Of a stretch of 64,000 nucleotides of DNA, positions 19,847-28,669 are shown piece after piece. Source of the stretch: Candidatus Blackburnbacteria bacterium RIFCSPLOWO2_01_FULL_40_20 (GTDB lineage Bacteria > Patescibacteriota > Microgenomatia > UBA8517 > UBA10165); assembly GCA_001816475.1 (NCBI GenBank), contig MHCC01000027.1, positions 11,312 through 75,311 on the forward strand. Direction: 5' to 3'. The first letter of the stretch is position 1. Every line of letters begins with the position of its first letter. Below the pieces are notes generated by a model. That model saw nothing but the letters and a program-made list of their open reading frames with translations, made no database searches and was not told the DNA's origin. A program made the position numbers and the translations under genes.

Positions 19847-19872
19847 GAAGATTTGAGAGGAAGAAGAAAAAG
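19836..19872 (+). repeat. direct repeat copy 2 (orphan copy of 3' end of small membrane protein gene)
   Basis: See 18095-18131; would encode KITRRFERKKKK*. Confidence 0.8.
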
Positions 19873-19879
19873 TAAACTA

Positions 19880-20320
19880 TTAAATTTGCACTTTTTCCTG
19901 AACAAGTTTGTGCGTTTCTTTTTTAAAATACTCCTTTACATCGTCCCAATTTACCTCGATTAGCATATTGGGCATTTGACTTTCTTTTTCAGCATCATCA
20001 AAATAATCCAGAGAGCGCATAGTCGAATAAAGGTGATCTTCTAAAACAGAGTACTTTTTTTGATAAAACATTAACATTTCCTCAAGCGTGTATTTTTGAG
20101 AAAGAAAATAAACATCTACAAAATCTCTCTTCGTCCCACGTTGTTCAATTGCGTGAATTTTCATAGCAGCAATGTCAGCAAAGCTCGCCAATTGAATGCC
20201 CTCGAACAGGATGATCGGTTCAATTAGTGGAAACTTATAATGGAATATTGAAAACTTTGTTTGATTTATTTTTCCCCACACAGTCCACTTGGCAGTTCCT
20301 TCTTGAGTAAATTCAGGCAT
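19880..20320 (-). CDS. nucleotidyltransferase AbiEii/AbiGii-toxin-like protein, probably N-terminally truncated
   Basis: MKIHAIEQRGTKRDFVDVYFL resembles K..A...R...RD.YD.y.l motif of AbiEii family; only 146 aa. Confidence 0.4.
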   Translation of the reverse strand: MPEFTQEGTAKWTVWGKINQTKFSIFHYKFPLIEPIILFEGIQLASFADIAAMKIHAIEQRGTKRDFVDVYFLSQKYTLEEMLMFYQKKYSVLEDHLYSTMRSLDYFDDAEKESQMPNMLIEVNWDDVKEYFKKETHKLVQEKVQI

Positions 20321-20466
20321 GGAAGTAAGTTTTGCGGAAAGCTCAACTTAGTTAAACTCACGCTGAGTAAAAAAGTCAAGGTCAATAGAAATCCTGTGTC
20401 TAATCTGTATGGCTAAGGCTGTTCCTCCGGCAAGATATCCCTCTTTAATTTCAGTAATGTTTGAAA

Positions 20467-20781
20467 CTAACTGGATAGCCCGAAGTGTATCGGGGAGTAA
20501 GGTTTTTGTAAACATGGCACCTGTTTTTTATCCAAGCCAAGTATGTCGGCCCAAAAATTCCCTGTTAGCCTATCAAGATCGCGCGTACCTAAAACTACTT
20601 TTTTTATTACTTCGATCCCGTATGTTTTTATCAGCCAACGTATATCGCTAAAATTGCCCCTATCTAAAATCCGTTTTGTAATAAAAAAAATGTCCTTTTG
20701 AACCTCTAATTTTTCAAATTCTATGTCCCAAAAATATGGCCTAAAATTTTCGGGAACTCTCGTTTCTCCGCCTTGTTTCAT
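20467..20781 (-). CDS. hypothetical small protein (possible partner or N-terminal remnant of nucleotidyltransferase gene)
   Basis: 104 aa ORF immediately upstream of AbiEii-like fragment. Confidence 0.25.
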   Translation of the reverse strand: MKQGGETRVPENFRPYFWDIEFEKLEVQKDIFFITKRILDRGNFSDIRWLIKTYGIEVIKKVVLGTRDLDRLTGNFWADILGLDKKQVPCLQKPYSPIHFGLSS

Positions 20782-20813
20782 ACCTACATTATCGCATATT
20801 TTGGATCAGAAAT

Positions 20814-21224
20814 CTAGGAATAATCTGCCAAATTTTTAACAAAAGGTAGGTTAACTAAAGATACAAATTTTGCGTCAGCCGTATATAATTTACACTTCTT
20901 TTCCTTTGCCAAAACAACGTATGACGCGCCGTAAACTGAAACTTCGTACTTTTTAGAAATTTCTACTGCTTTATTTGCTCGTTTGAAGTTAATAGGCTCA
21001 AAACTAATCCCAATTTTTTGCAGGTTTTTTAAGTTTAACTTAATCTTTTCAAAAGGAAGTGCACTTTTTGTCGCCCAAGCATTCGTTAATTTGTAAAGAA
21101 GTAAGTCTGGAACACAAATCGTTTCCTTTTCGCTTAAATGCGATTCAAGAATTTTCAGCGCAGTTGAGGACTCAGCTTCGTCACTATACCATTTGAATAT
21201 CACTGAAGTATCAACAACTATCAT
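20814..21224 (-). CDS. vapC: PIN-domain ribonuclease, VapC-like toxin
   Basis: MIVVDTSVIFKWY N-terminus with conserved acidic residue, 136 aa, overlaps upstream antitoxin gene by 4 nt. Confidence 0.8.
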   Translation of the reverse strand: MIVVDTSVIFKWYSDEAESSTALKILESHLSEKETICVPDLLLYKLTNAWATKSALPFEKIKLNLKNLQKIGISFEPINFKRANKAVEISKKYEVSVYGASYVVLAKEKKCKLYTADAKFVSLVNLPFVKNLADYS

Positions 21225-21475
21225 TTTGCTTCTTTGTATCTCATCTCTCGCAACGTCCCAACCACATCGAAATCTTTTAAATACTTGGCATTTTGTTGGG
21301 CTAATTTTTTAGTCTGAGCTATTAGTTTCTTTTTTGAAGCAAGGGATTTTCCTCCTTTTCGAGCTAATTTTTCCCGAATTATAGCAGACAGGCTCTTTCG
21401 CTTTTTAGCAGCCTCTTCCTTGAGTCTTAAATAATCTTCCTCAGAAATTCGAATGTTAGTGGTTACATAATCCAT
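21221..21475 (-). CDS. vapB: RHH/CopG-like antitoxin (VapB-like)
   Basis: 84 aa, NIRISEEDYLRLKEEAAKKRKSLSAIIREKL ribbon-helix-helix signature; ATGA overlap with vapC. Confidence 0.65.
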   Translation of the reverse strand: MDYVTTNIRISEEDYLRLKEEAAKKRKSLSAIIREKLARKGGKSLASKKKLIAQTKKLAQQNAKYLKDFDVVGTLREMRYKEAK

Positions 21476-21530
21476 AAAACCTGTTTCAAAACTCGCCTTG
21501 CGAGCTCGTTTTGAGAGATTCGCTAGGTTG

Positions 21531-21580
21531 TATGAACTAGTTTTGAAACCAGTTCATAATACAATTATACAATTGTATTA
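21531..21580. promoter_or_regulatory. operator-like inverted repeats upstream of vapB
   Basis: ATGAACTAGTT-ttg-AAACCAGTTCAT and perfect AATACAATT-atac-AATTGTATT palindromes 56-105 nt upstream of vapB start. Confidence 0.4.
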
Positions 21581-21918
21581 GTAAAAGTCAAGATCAATTA
21601 GCAAACTTGATCATATAAGTCATATTGGAAATTGACCTTAGAAATGATCCCCGAAATGCAGGAAAAGTTCTACAAAAAATACTGGACGAGTACAATAAAT
21701 TGAAATAAATTTCAACTGATTTCAACTGATTCTTGACTGATTTAGACGTTTGAATTAGAATACAAACTATAGACAGGAGGTGTTTAACTTGAAATTGGTA
21801 ATTAAAAGAAAAAAATCTCGTATTGTGATATTCTGTTCCCCTGAAGATAGATAATATTTAAATGCACTAACCGTACCGCCTCTGGTTCCACGTCGTTGGA
21901 GTAAGTGTAGTATGTATT

Positions 21919-23007
21919 ATGGGTAGTAAACAAAAATTTAAATTAAATCTAAATTGGATAGTTAAAGAAGAAAAAGACCAAATTAGCCTCAATTCACCCT
22001 ATGGAGAGAAGAAAAAATATACACCTTCAAAACATCTGTTAGAATTTTTAATAATCAAAAGTTGTATCAATCAGCCAAAAAGTTTAAAACTAATAACTCA
22101 AGATATACAAAACGTGCTCAACGTGTCGCAAAAGGAAGTGGAAAACAAGATAAGTGAATTATTAAAAGCTAAAATATTCAGCTATAATACAACATCTGGG
22201 AATACTTTCTCCACAAATGAATTAGACAGGTATAAATGGCAACTGGAATTTTTTACTTCATTTGAATCGTTAAAAAACTCTAAATATGACATACAAAATA
22301 ATTTAAAAAACAGTCACATCGCCATCATCGGCATAGGAGGCCAAGGAAGTATCATCGCTCAAATACTCGTAGCTATGGGGATAGGAAAACTAACAATAGT
22401 AGATGGTGATACCATTGAAAGAAGTAATTTGACTAGACAACTGGCATATAATGATAGCGATATTGGTAAATACAAAGTAGAAGTGCTCAAATCAAGGCTG
22501 AAACTACAAAATCCATATACCAAAATAACTCCAATGAGGCAATATGTAACCTCAAAAAAAGATTTTATGGATATTATAAATGGTAAAGATTTTGTAATTT
22601 TGTGTGCAGATAAACCTCTCGTTAAGTTAGGGAGGTGGTTAAACAAAGTAGCCCTATCTGAAAGAATACCTTATTTAGGGGTTAGTGGAAATTGGATAGG
22701 CCCTATCTGTATACCCTTTAAAACACCCTGTTTTGAATGCGTATTGTCCCACCAAATAAATAAGGACAAAGATTTTGAAAAATATCTAAAGACATTGGAA
22801 AAACTCAAAGAAATTCCTAGGCCATCTTTTGGAGTTAGACCGATTTTATCAGGAACGTTAATGGCTTTACAAGTAATTAAATATCTCACAAAGGTTATGG
22901 ACGTTGAGATTTTAGAAGGTAGATTTAGAGTCAACATAGATTTAACTACAGAGTTTGAAAAGATAAAACTAGATAACAATTGTAAGGCATGCGGAAATAC
23001 AAAATGA
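21919..23007 (+). CDS. E1-like (ThiF/MoeB/HesA) enzyme with N-terminal RRE/winged-helix-like extension (TOMM C-protein-like)
   Basis: IAIIGIGGQGSIIAQILVAMGIGKLTIVDGDTIERSNLTRQ ThiF nucleotide-binding signature starting ~aa 135; ~130-aa N-terminal extension; 19-nt overlap with YcaO gene. Confidence 0.8.
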   Translation: MGSKQKFKLNLNWIVKEEKDQISLNSPYGEKKKYTPSKHLLEFLIIKSCINQPKSLKLITQDIQNVLNVSQKEVENKISELLKAKIFSYNTTSGNTFSTNELDRYKWQLEFFTSFESLKNSKYDIQNNLKNSHIAIIGIGGQGSIIAQILVAMGIGKLTIVDGDTIERSNLTRQLAYNDSDIGKYKVEVLKSRLKLQNPYTKITPMRQYVTSKKDFMDIINGKDFVILCADKPLVKLGRWLNKVALSERIPYLGVSGNWIGPICIPFKTPCFECVLSHQINKDKDFEKYLKTLEKLKEIPRPSFGVRPILSGTLMALQVIKYLTKVMDVEILEGRFRVNIDLTTEFEKIKLDNNCKACGNTK

Positions 23008-24227
23008 AATTCTCTGCTTATCCACTAGATTATCCCCTAGGAGTTCCCAAGCTCCCTGGTTATGTGGTTAAGGCTCCTCGAATATCACAATCATCATCTG
23101 ATGCAAAAAAAATAAGCAACATTGTAGGCGCGAGTGTAGGTCTTGAAAATAATAATGCACTACAAAGAGCCTATGGCGAAGCAATTGAAAGATATTGTTT
23201 GTATCAATACAATGAAACTAATTTTCAACAACATCATACAAACAAGACAGACGTTACAAAAATATTTAGTAAATTTATTCTCTATGACGATAATCAATAT
23301 TGTGATAAAAATTTTCCCTACAGGAAACCGTGCGACACCAAGAAGTTTTTTGTTGTTCTAGGAGAAAGTTTGCTTAATGGCTCACAAAAATATTTACCTG
23401 TAGATCTGGTTTATCCCCGGCATAAGAAAGATCATCAGAGGATTGATTCAATGAATCCCAGTGGGTCTGCTTCTGGCAACACCAACCAACTAGCTATTCT
23501 AAATGGTTTGTGTGAAGTTATTGAAAGAGATTCTTTGATGTGTGCTTGGTTAACTTCTTCACATTTTTATCAGCTGCCATTGCGATTTGTCAAAGATGCA
23601 AGCGTCAATAAATTATTAAATATAATTAAAAACTCTAAACTTAATTTAGTCATCTATTTAGTGGTTAATGATATGAACATGGTTACTGTTGTTGCAGTAT
23701 TGACTTCTAAAACCGCACCTTATATGTCTTTTGGATCGGCAATGACTCTTGAGATTATCCAATCAATAAAAAAAGCGATTGAGGAGTCAATTATGATTAG
23801 AAGGTCGCAACTAATCCTGTATGAACAAGACAATAACAAGCGCCAAAACAGAAAGGAAATATTAGAGTTAAGTGATCATATTATGGTTCCTACTAATAAA
23901 ACTAACGTAGCAGAAATAAAGAGAACAATGGGTAATAAATTATTAAGCTTTAATCAATATAGAAAAATTTTGTCTAAGGCGCCAGTGAGTTTATACGATC
24001 TATTAATGCGATTAGATCAAAAATATTTTGAACCTTGGTGTGTTGATATTGCCCCTAAAGAAATTAAGGAAAGTGGGTTTTCTGTTTGTAAAATTTTAAT
24101 ACCCGGACTACATCCTTTAGAAATAAATCAGAACTATTTACATAATGATCCTAGAAGATTACAATCTTTTATAAATACGAGCGTTGCCGTGACAAGAGTA
24201 AATAAGTTTCCACATCCGTTTGGATAA
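22989..24227 (+). CDS. YcaO-domain protein (ATP-dependent peptide backbone-modifying enzyme)
   Basis: GASVGLENNNALQRAYGEAIERY and NPSGSASGNTNQLAILNGLCEVIERDSLMCAW YcaO ATP-binding motifs; C-terminus KFPHPFG (Pro-rich YcaO tail). Confidence 0.85.
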   Translation: MRKYKMKFSAYPLDYPLGVPKLPGYVVKAPRISQSSSDAKKISNIVGASVGLENNNALQRAYGEAIERYCLYQYNETNFQQHHTNKTDVTKIFSKFILYDDNQYCDKNFPYRKPCDTKKFFVVLGESLLNGSQKYLPVDLVYPRHKKDHQRIDSMNPSGSASGNTNQLAILNGLCEVIERDSLMCAWLTSSHFYQLPLRFVKDASVNKLLNIIKNSKLNLVIYLVVNDMNMVTVVAVLTSKTAPYMSFGSAMTLEIIQSIKKAIEESIMIRRSQLILYEQDNNKRQNRKEILELSDHIMVPTNKTNVAEIKRTMGNKLLSFNQYRKILSKAPVSLYDLLMRLDQKYFEPWCVDIAPKEIKESGFSVCKILIPGLHPLEINQNYLHNDPRRLQSFINTSVAVTRVNKFPHPFG

Positions 24228-24229
24228 TC

Positions 24230-25567
24230 ATGAGAATTTATAATAGTCTTACAAGAAAAACTGATATTTTTAAGCCTATAAATCCTCCTAAAGTAGGAAT
24301 GTATACATGCGGCCCAACAGTACACGACTATCAGCATATTGGTAACTTTAGAACCATGATACTGTCTGATTTTTTGTACAGAACACTTGTTGCCAATAAT
24401 TATCAAGTCAAGTCTGTAAGAAACATCACTGATATTGATGACAAGATAATAAAAAAGGCAAAAGAAAAAAACTTGCCGATAGAAATATTTACCAAAGAAT
24501 ACACTCAGGCTTTTATAGAAGATTTAGGCAAGCTTAATATTTTGCCTACGAGCATTTCCCCTAAAGCTACAAAGTACATAGAGCAAATGATTAAATATAT
24601 TGAGGAACTGGTTAAGAAGGGTTTGGCCTATGTAGAAAGGGATGGCTCCGTTTATTTTGATATTTCTAAATTCCCCTGTTACGGCAAACTATCGGACCTT
24701 AATGGCCGAACGCTCAAAACAGGTACCAGAATTTTATCTGATGAATATTCAAAAGACGATGCTCAAGATTTTGCTCTCTGGAAAGCAGCGGCTCAAGATG
24801 AGGTTGGTTGGAGCAGTCCGTGGGGAAAAGGTAGACCAGGGTGGCACATTGAGTGTTCAGTAATGAGCCAACAACACCTAGGGGATACTTTTGACATACA
24901 TGTTGGAGGAATAGACCTGCTTTTCCCTCACCATGAAAATGAGATTGCCCAGTCCGAAGGAAAAACCGGCAAACCCTTTGTAAAGTACTTTATACACGGT
25001 GAACATCTGTTGGTAAATGGCACAAAGATGAGTAAATCCTTAAACAACTTCTATACCCTAAAAGATTTAGTTGGGAAAGGATTTGACCCACTTGCTTTTA
25101 GATATTTGGTGCTAACAGCACACTACAGAGATAAGCTTAATTTTACCTGGGAATCACTTACGGCGGCCCAGAATGCACTTGAGAACTTGAGAGAAAAAAT
25201 TAGAGGATGGAAACACGCAGGAAACGGATTATGTGGATACTATCACGAGTTTATCGAAGCTGTAAATAATGATTTAAATACACCACAAGCCGTAGCGGTA
25301 ATGTGGAAGATGGTTAAGGCGAAAAAACCAGTCTCTGCCAAAGCAGCAACTTTGCTCCAAATGGATCAAATTTTAGGGTTAAATATAGAAAAATATTTAG
25401 ACAGAAAATTAAACATTCCACCCGAAATTCAAGAATTAATTAGGCAAAGGGATGTGGCTAGAAAAAATAAAAATTTCAGACTGGCGGATCAGTTTAGGAT
25501 AAAAATCCAAAAGCAAGGATATCGGGTGACAGATTTAGAAGATAAGACTCGAGTAGTAAAAAGGTGA
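24230..25567 (+). CDS. cysS: cysteine--tRNA ligase
   Basis: Class I HIGH (YQHIGN) and KMSKS motifs, CGPTVHD zinc-binding region; starts 2 nt after YcaO stop. Confidence 0.9.
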   Translation: MRIYNSLTRKTDIFKPINPPKVGMYTCGPTVHDYQHIGNFRTMILSDFLYRTLVANNYQVKSVRNITDIDDKIIKKAKEKNLPIEIFTKEYTQAFIEDLGKLNILPTSISPKATKYIEQMIKYIEELVKKGLAYVERDGSVYFDISKFPCYGKLSDLNGRTLKTGTRILSDEYSKDDAQDFALWKAAAQDEVGWSSPWGKGRPGWHIECSVMSQQHLGDTFDIHVGGIDLLFPHHENEIAQSEGKTGKPFVKYFIHGEHLLVNGTKMSKSLNNFYTLKDLVGKGFDPLAFRYLVLTAHYRDKLNFTWESLTAAQNALENLREKIRGWKHAGNGLCGYYHEFIEAVNNDLNTPQAVAVMWKMVKAKKPVSAKAATLLQMDQILGLNIEKYLDRKLNIPPEIQELIRQRDVARKNKNFRLADQFRIKIQKQGYRVTDLEDKTRVVKR

Positions 25568-25590
25568 ATATTTTGTAAATCCAATCTCTA

Positions 25591-25665
25591 GTTAAGGTTT
25601 GGCCACCAACTGATCCTTGCACTTTGATTTTTAGTGGTATAATTATTCACAAAGCATTTAGCTTC
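25591..25665. repeat. intergenic repeat element copy A (~75 bp)
   Basis: Shares gttaaggttt..agtggtataattattcacaaagcattt with copy C (31874-31943) and ccaccaactgat(c/t)cttgcact with copy B (27837-27927). Confidence 0.7.
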
Positions 25666-25715
25666 AAATAACGACAAAAGCATAAGCAGTCGTAACCGTA
25701 TCAACATTTTGCCCG

Positions 25716-27350
25716 TTAGTTCACTTTAATATTGTTGGTCTGCAGAAAATATTCCAACTCTAGTACATTCAGAAGAAAACTCATTGCGTCGCCTTCGAAA
25801 TATTCCTCAACTTTACCTTTTTTAATATCGTGCACAATTTCCTCTGCCTTTATCCAACCTTTTTCTCCCAATCTAGAATTTTTTAATATGGAAAGCACAA
25901 CCTTTGGTCTTTCTGTTAAATAGCGCCCCACATGTTCCTCTGCACCCTGTTTTTGCCTAAATTGTTCTGTAATGAATATATCTGTTCTCATGCGAAAAAT
26001 TTCTTGTTTTGACGGAGTCGAACCTAAGCTGCGTGGCATGCCCATCGCCACACCAATTAAACCAGGATCAATAAAAGGTGTTATTGGCCAAACCCCTGTT
26101 TCCCAATTAATTAAAAAAGAATCATGCCCAACACCGATAGCAGAAGGCGAAAAAAGAGAGTCTTGTATGTTTTTCTCTTGGAACCTTGTTTTATCGAGAA
26201 ATATCTCTAATCCCTTATTACTTAATATTTTACCGATACCATATTTGAGTTTCCATATGGAATAAAAATATTCTTGTTGCAAAGAATAACGAAGATTTAT
26301 ATCAACTGCATTCTTGTTTGACCATAACACTTCATCACCGCCAACTCCCTGAAAATAAACATTGTTACCGTCACTTTTTAATACTAATAAATACTCGTAC
26401 AATTCAGACTTGTTTGTTTGATTTGGATCTAACTTCAGCCATTTGTTATAACTAAGAGTTGAAAATGGGAAGATATTTTCAATAGAAACGAGTTTTGATA
26501 CCAAGTCATGTTTCTTCACAAATTGATTAACCACGACAGGGTCAGTGTCTTCCAACATTGTGCTGGCTACACGTGAGTAACAATTAAATTGTCTATTCGT
26601 ACTATTTTTGAGCAAATAACAAACAAGGCTGCTATCAAATCCTGATGTTAAATCCGCGGCAAACTTGATATCTTTTAAAACAACCAATCTTTCCCTTACC
26701 CTTTCACAAAGTGAAGCAATAAAAGCATTTGTAAAATCACTTAAAGAACTGTGTTGAACAGTTTGAATATTTCTCTCGTACCAATTAATATCAACAGTAT
26801 TATTAAGCCGATATGAATCGCCATATCTATATTCAAACAAAACTGCTGGCGGAATTTGTCCAATCTCTTTTATTACAGTCCTGTCAGTAATAAATATGTT
26901 ACGCGAGATGTAATCTAGCGCGCTATTGTTGTCCATGCTTGGAGATTCAATTTCCTTCAAAACATTATGAAAGCTGGTTGATAAAACAATAGAATCACCA
27001 GCCATTGAAAAGAAACAGGGAAATTTCCCTGTTTGGTCAGTTAAGACTAATAATCGTTGTTGATCAAAATCACAAAAAAGTATAAGGAAATCCCCAACCA
27101 GACTTCCCAATTCGTTCCACTTCTCCGATTTGCAAAGTCTCAATAATTGCCTCGCGCTGATTTTCTTGCCATAGTCAATAAAATAACCTGCGCATAAACA
27201 ACCGTCGGCTTCCTCGCGAAAATCCGGAGGAAACTTATTCGCAGGAAGTTTGAGATTTTTCCTTATGGAATTTTTAAAAGTCAGCTTGTCAGAAAAACCC
27301 GACTTGCTTAGTTTCAAGAAAAAATGTTCTCTAAGTTTCATATTCTGCAA
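25716..27350 (-). CDS. asparagine synthetase-like adenylating enzyme lacking glutaminase nucleophile (lasso-cyclase-like), paralog 1
   Basis: 544 aa, PP-loop-like LTSGFDSSLV, no N-terminal Cys2; ~50% identical paralog at 36631-38247; start overlaps PqqD-like gene by 20 nt. Confidence 0.7.
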   Translation of the reverse strand: MQNMKLREHFFLKLSKSGFSDKLTFKNSIRKNLKLPANKFPPDFREEADGCLCAGYFIDYGKKISARQLLRLCKSEKWNELGSLVGDFLILFCDFDQQRLLVLTDQTGKFPCFFSMAGDSIVLSTSFHNVLKEIESPSMDNNSALDYISRNIFITDRTVIKEIGQIPPAVLFEYRYGDSYRLNNTVDINWYERNIQTVQHSSLSDFTNAFIASLCERVRERLVVLKDIKFAADLTSGFDSSLVCYLLKNSTNRQFNCYSRVASTMLEDTDPVVVNQFVKKHDLVSKLVSIENIFPFSTLSYNKWLKLDPNQTNKSELYEYLLVLKSDGNNVYFQGVGGDEVLWSNKNAVDINLRYSLQQEYFYSIWKLKYGIGKILSNKGLEIFLDKTRFQEKNIQDSLFSPSAIGVGHDSFLINWETGVWPITPFIDPGLIGVAMGMPRSLGSTPSKQEIFRMRTDIFITEQFRQKQGAEEHVGRYLTERPKVVLSILKNSRLGEKGWIKAEEIVHDIKKGKVEEYFEGDAMSFLLNVLELEYFLQTNNIKVN

Positions 27351-27606
27351 TTATCCCTTCTTCCAACATCTGTTTTATGAAAACCTTAACTGCAGAAATT
27401 TTTTGGCCAAGTTCTTTTGCAAGTTCAATAATTTGTATCCCAGGGTGAGAATTAATTTTAAAGAGGATCCAGTAGCCGCTAGAATTAACTTTAATATATC
27501 TTTTACTTTTCCAACTAAAAACGATGGTTGAATAACCGTTCCTTTTATCAATGGCGGGGTTAAAAATGACGGATAAAGGATTAACAATAAAACCTGTTTT
27601 CTCCAT
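27331..27606 (-). CDS. PqqD-like small protein (RiPP recognition element-like), paralog 1
   Basis: 91 aa; TIVFSWKSKRYIKVNSSGYWILFKINSHPGIQIIELAKELGQ matches PqqD/RRE pattern; translationally coupled to downstream AsnB-like gene. Confidence 0.6.
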   Translation of the reverse strand: MEKTGFIVNPLSVIFNPAIDKRNGYSTIVFSWKSKRYIKVNSSGYWILFKINSHPGIQIIELAKELGQKISAVKVFIKQMLEEGIIAEYET

Positions 27607-27616
27607 TCTGAATTAA

Positions 27617-27769
27617 TTAACTAGGGGTAGCCTTAGGATATCGGGTTATATCTATCAGCACACTCTTGACGTTGCCTAATTCGATCATCCCGCCTAGTAT
27701 TTCTGCGGTAGGTTCCTCTTCTACTTCAAGTTTTAATTCAGACATCTTCTCAAACTTATTTTCTACCAA
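27617..27769 (-). CDS. candidate precursor peptide (50 aa) with double-glycine-type leader
   Basis: TTG start 5 nt after GGAGGTGA; MVENKFEKMSELKLEVEEEPTAEILGG | MIELGNVKSVLIDITRYPKATPS; first gene of operon; the longer 63-aa track ORF starts upstream of the -10 box so is not credible. Confidence 0.35.
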   Translation of the reverse strand: MVENKFEKMSELKLEVEEEPTAEILGGMIELGNVKSVLIDITRYPKATPS

Positions 27770-27796
27770 GGTCCTCACCTCCAATTCCCAAGCTTT

Positions 27797-27826
27797 ATTA
27801 TACCGCAAGTCGTCAATTTGTGACTA
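27797..27826 (-). promoter_or_regulatory. candidate promoter (TAGTCA-N18-TATAAT) for precursor/PqqD-like/AsnB-like operon
   Basis: Perfect TATAAT at 27797-27802 (minus strand), -35-like TAGTCA at 27821-27826. Confidence 0.4.
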
Positions 27827-27836
27827 AAAAAGTCGA

Positions 27837-27927
27837 CCACCAACTGATTCTTGCACTTCCATTATTGGTGATATATAACTTATTCACAAAAAGTATTTTT
27901 TGCTTCGCAAAACTTGACAAATAACTG
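27837..27927. repeat. intergenic repeat element copy B (~90 bp) with TTGACA box
   Basis: ccaccaactgattcttgcact shared with copy A; ttattcacaaa..ttttgcttcgcaaaacttgacaaataact shared with copy C. Confidence 0.7.
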
Positions 27928-27951
27928 CTCCGAAATAGTTTACTCGCCTTT

Positions 27952-28302
27952 TTGAAGGAAAATAAATTTATGAAAAATAACAAGAGAATGGGAAAAAAAT
28001 TTGCCCGAACACCTGAAAATTTTACTTGTGTAGTATGTGGACAGGAAATTAAAGGTACAGGCTATACCGATCATTGCCCAAGCTGTCTTTGGAGTCGGCA
28101 TGTGGACATAAACCCAGGAGACAGAAAATCCTCATGTCAAGGTCTAATGGAACCACTAGGCGTGACCCAAAAAAAGGGCGATTGGCGTATTTATTATAAA
28201 TGCCAGTCGTGCGGCTATAAACATTTCAATAAAACAGCTGATGACGACAACACGGAATTAATTATCCAGCTATCAAGCCGCCCAATAAAAATGAAAACTT
28301 AG
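27952..28302 (+). CDS. RNHCP-domain zinc-ribbon protein
   Basis: CVVCG..HCPSC and CQSCGYKHF Cys pairs, 116 aa. Confidence 0.55.
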   Translation: MKENKFMKNNKRMGKKFARTPENFTCVVCGQEIKGTGYTDHCPSCLWSRHVDINPGDRKSSCQGLMEPLGVTQKKGDWRIYYKCQSCGYKHFNKTADDDNTELIIQLSSRPIKMKT

Positions 28303-28420
28303 AATGAAAGCGGTATGCCGCAATAATCATTGTTTGTACAGAAAACAACTTAATTCAAGCATGTTGTGATATACTCTTAACGAACAAGAAACGGCGCATT
28401 GAAATCAACTGGAGGTAAGC

Positions 28421-28630
28421 GTGTCTGACGACTATCCTGGTCGTATTGCCGTCACACATTTGGGCAAAAATGGCCTACCAGACCACACGGTCTACTCGTA
28501 CGGCGGCCTTAGACGGAGTTTCGATTCGAACAAAGGCCAAAACATCCGCAACGAGCATTACACTGAAAATGGAGTAAAGGGGTCTGCTGTTACCCCAACC
28601 CCACCTCCTCCCACCAAAAAGGACAAGTAA
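28421..28630 (+). CDS. small hypothetical protein (69 aa)
   Basis: GTG start 6 nt after GGAGGTAAG; followed by a very strong terminator. Confidence 0.4.
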   Translation: MSDDYPGRIAVTHLGKNGLPDHTVYSYGGLRRSFDSNKGQNIRNEHYTENGVKGSAVTPTPPPPTKKDK

Positions 28631-28669
28631 CAAATCAACCGACTGTCGCACCGTTTTCTTGTTCACAGA

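Noticed and set aside
24230-25567. cysS as a dedicated component of the YcaO system (e.g. Cys-tRNA-dependent chemistry)
   Set aside because: Tight spacing (2 nt) is suggestive, but CysRS is an essential single-copy housekeeping enzyme. No evidence beyond adjacency.
27617-27808. 63-aa ORF from TTG 27808 as the true precursor start
   Set aside because: A perfect TATAAT -10 box (27797-27802) lies inside this extension. The downstream TTG at 27769 has a GGAGGTGA SD, so the 50-aa form is preferred.
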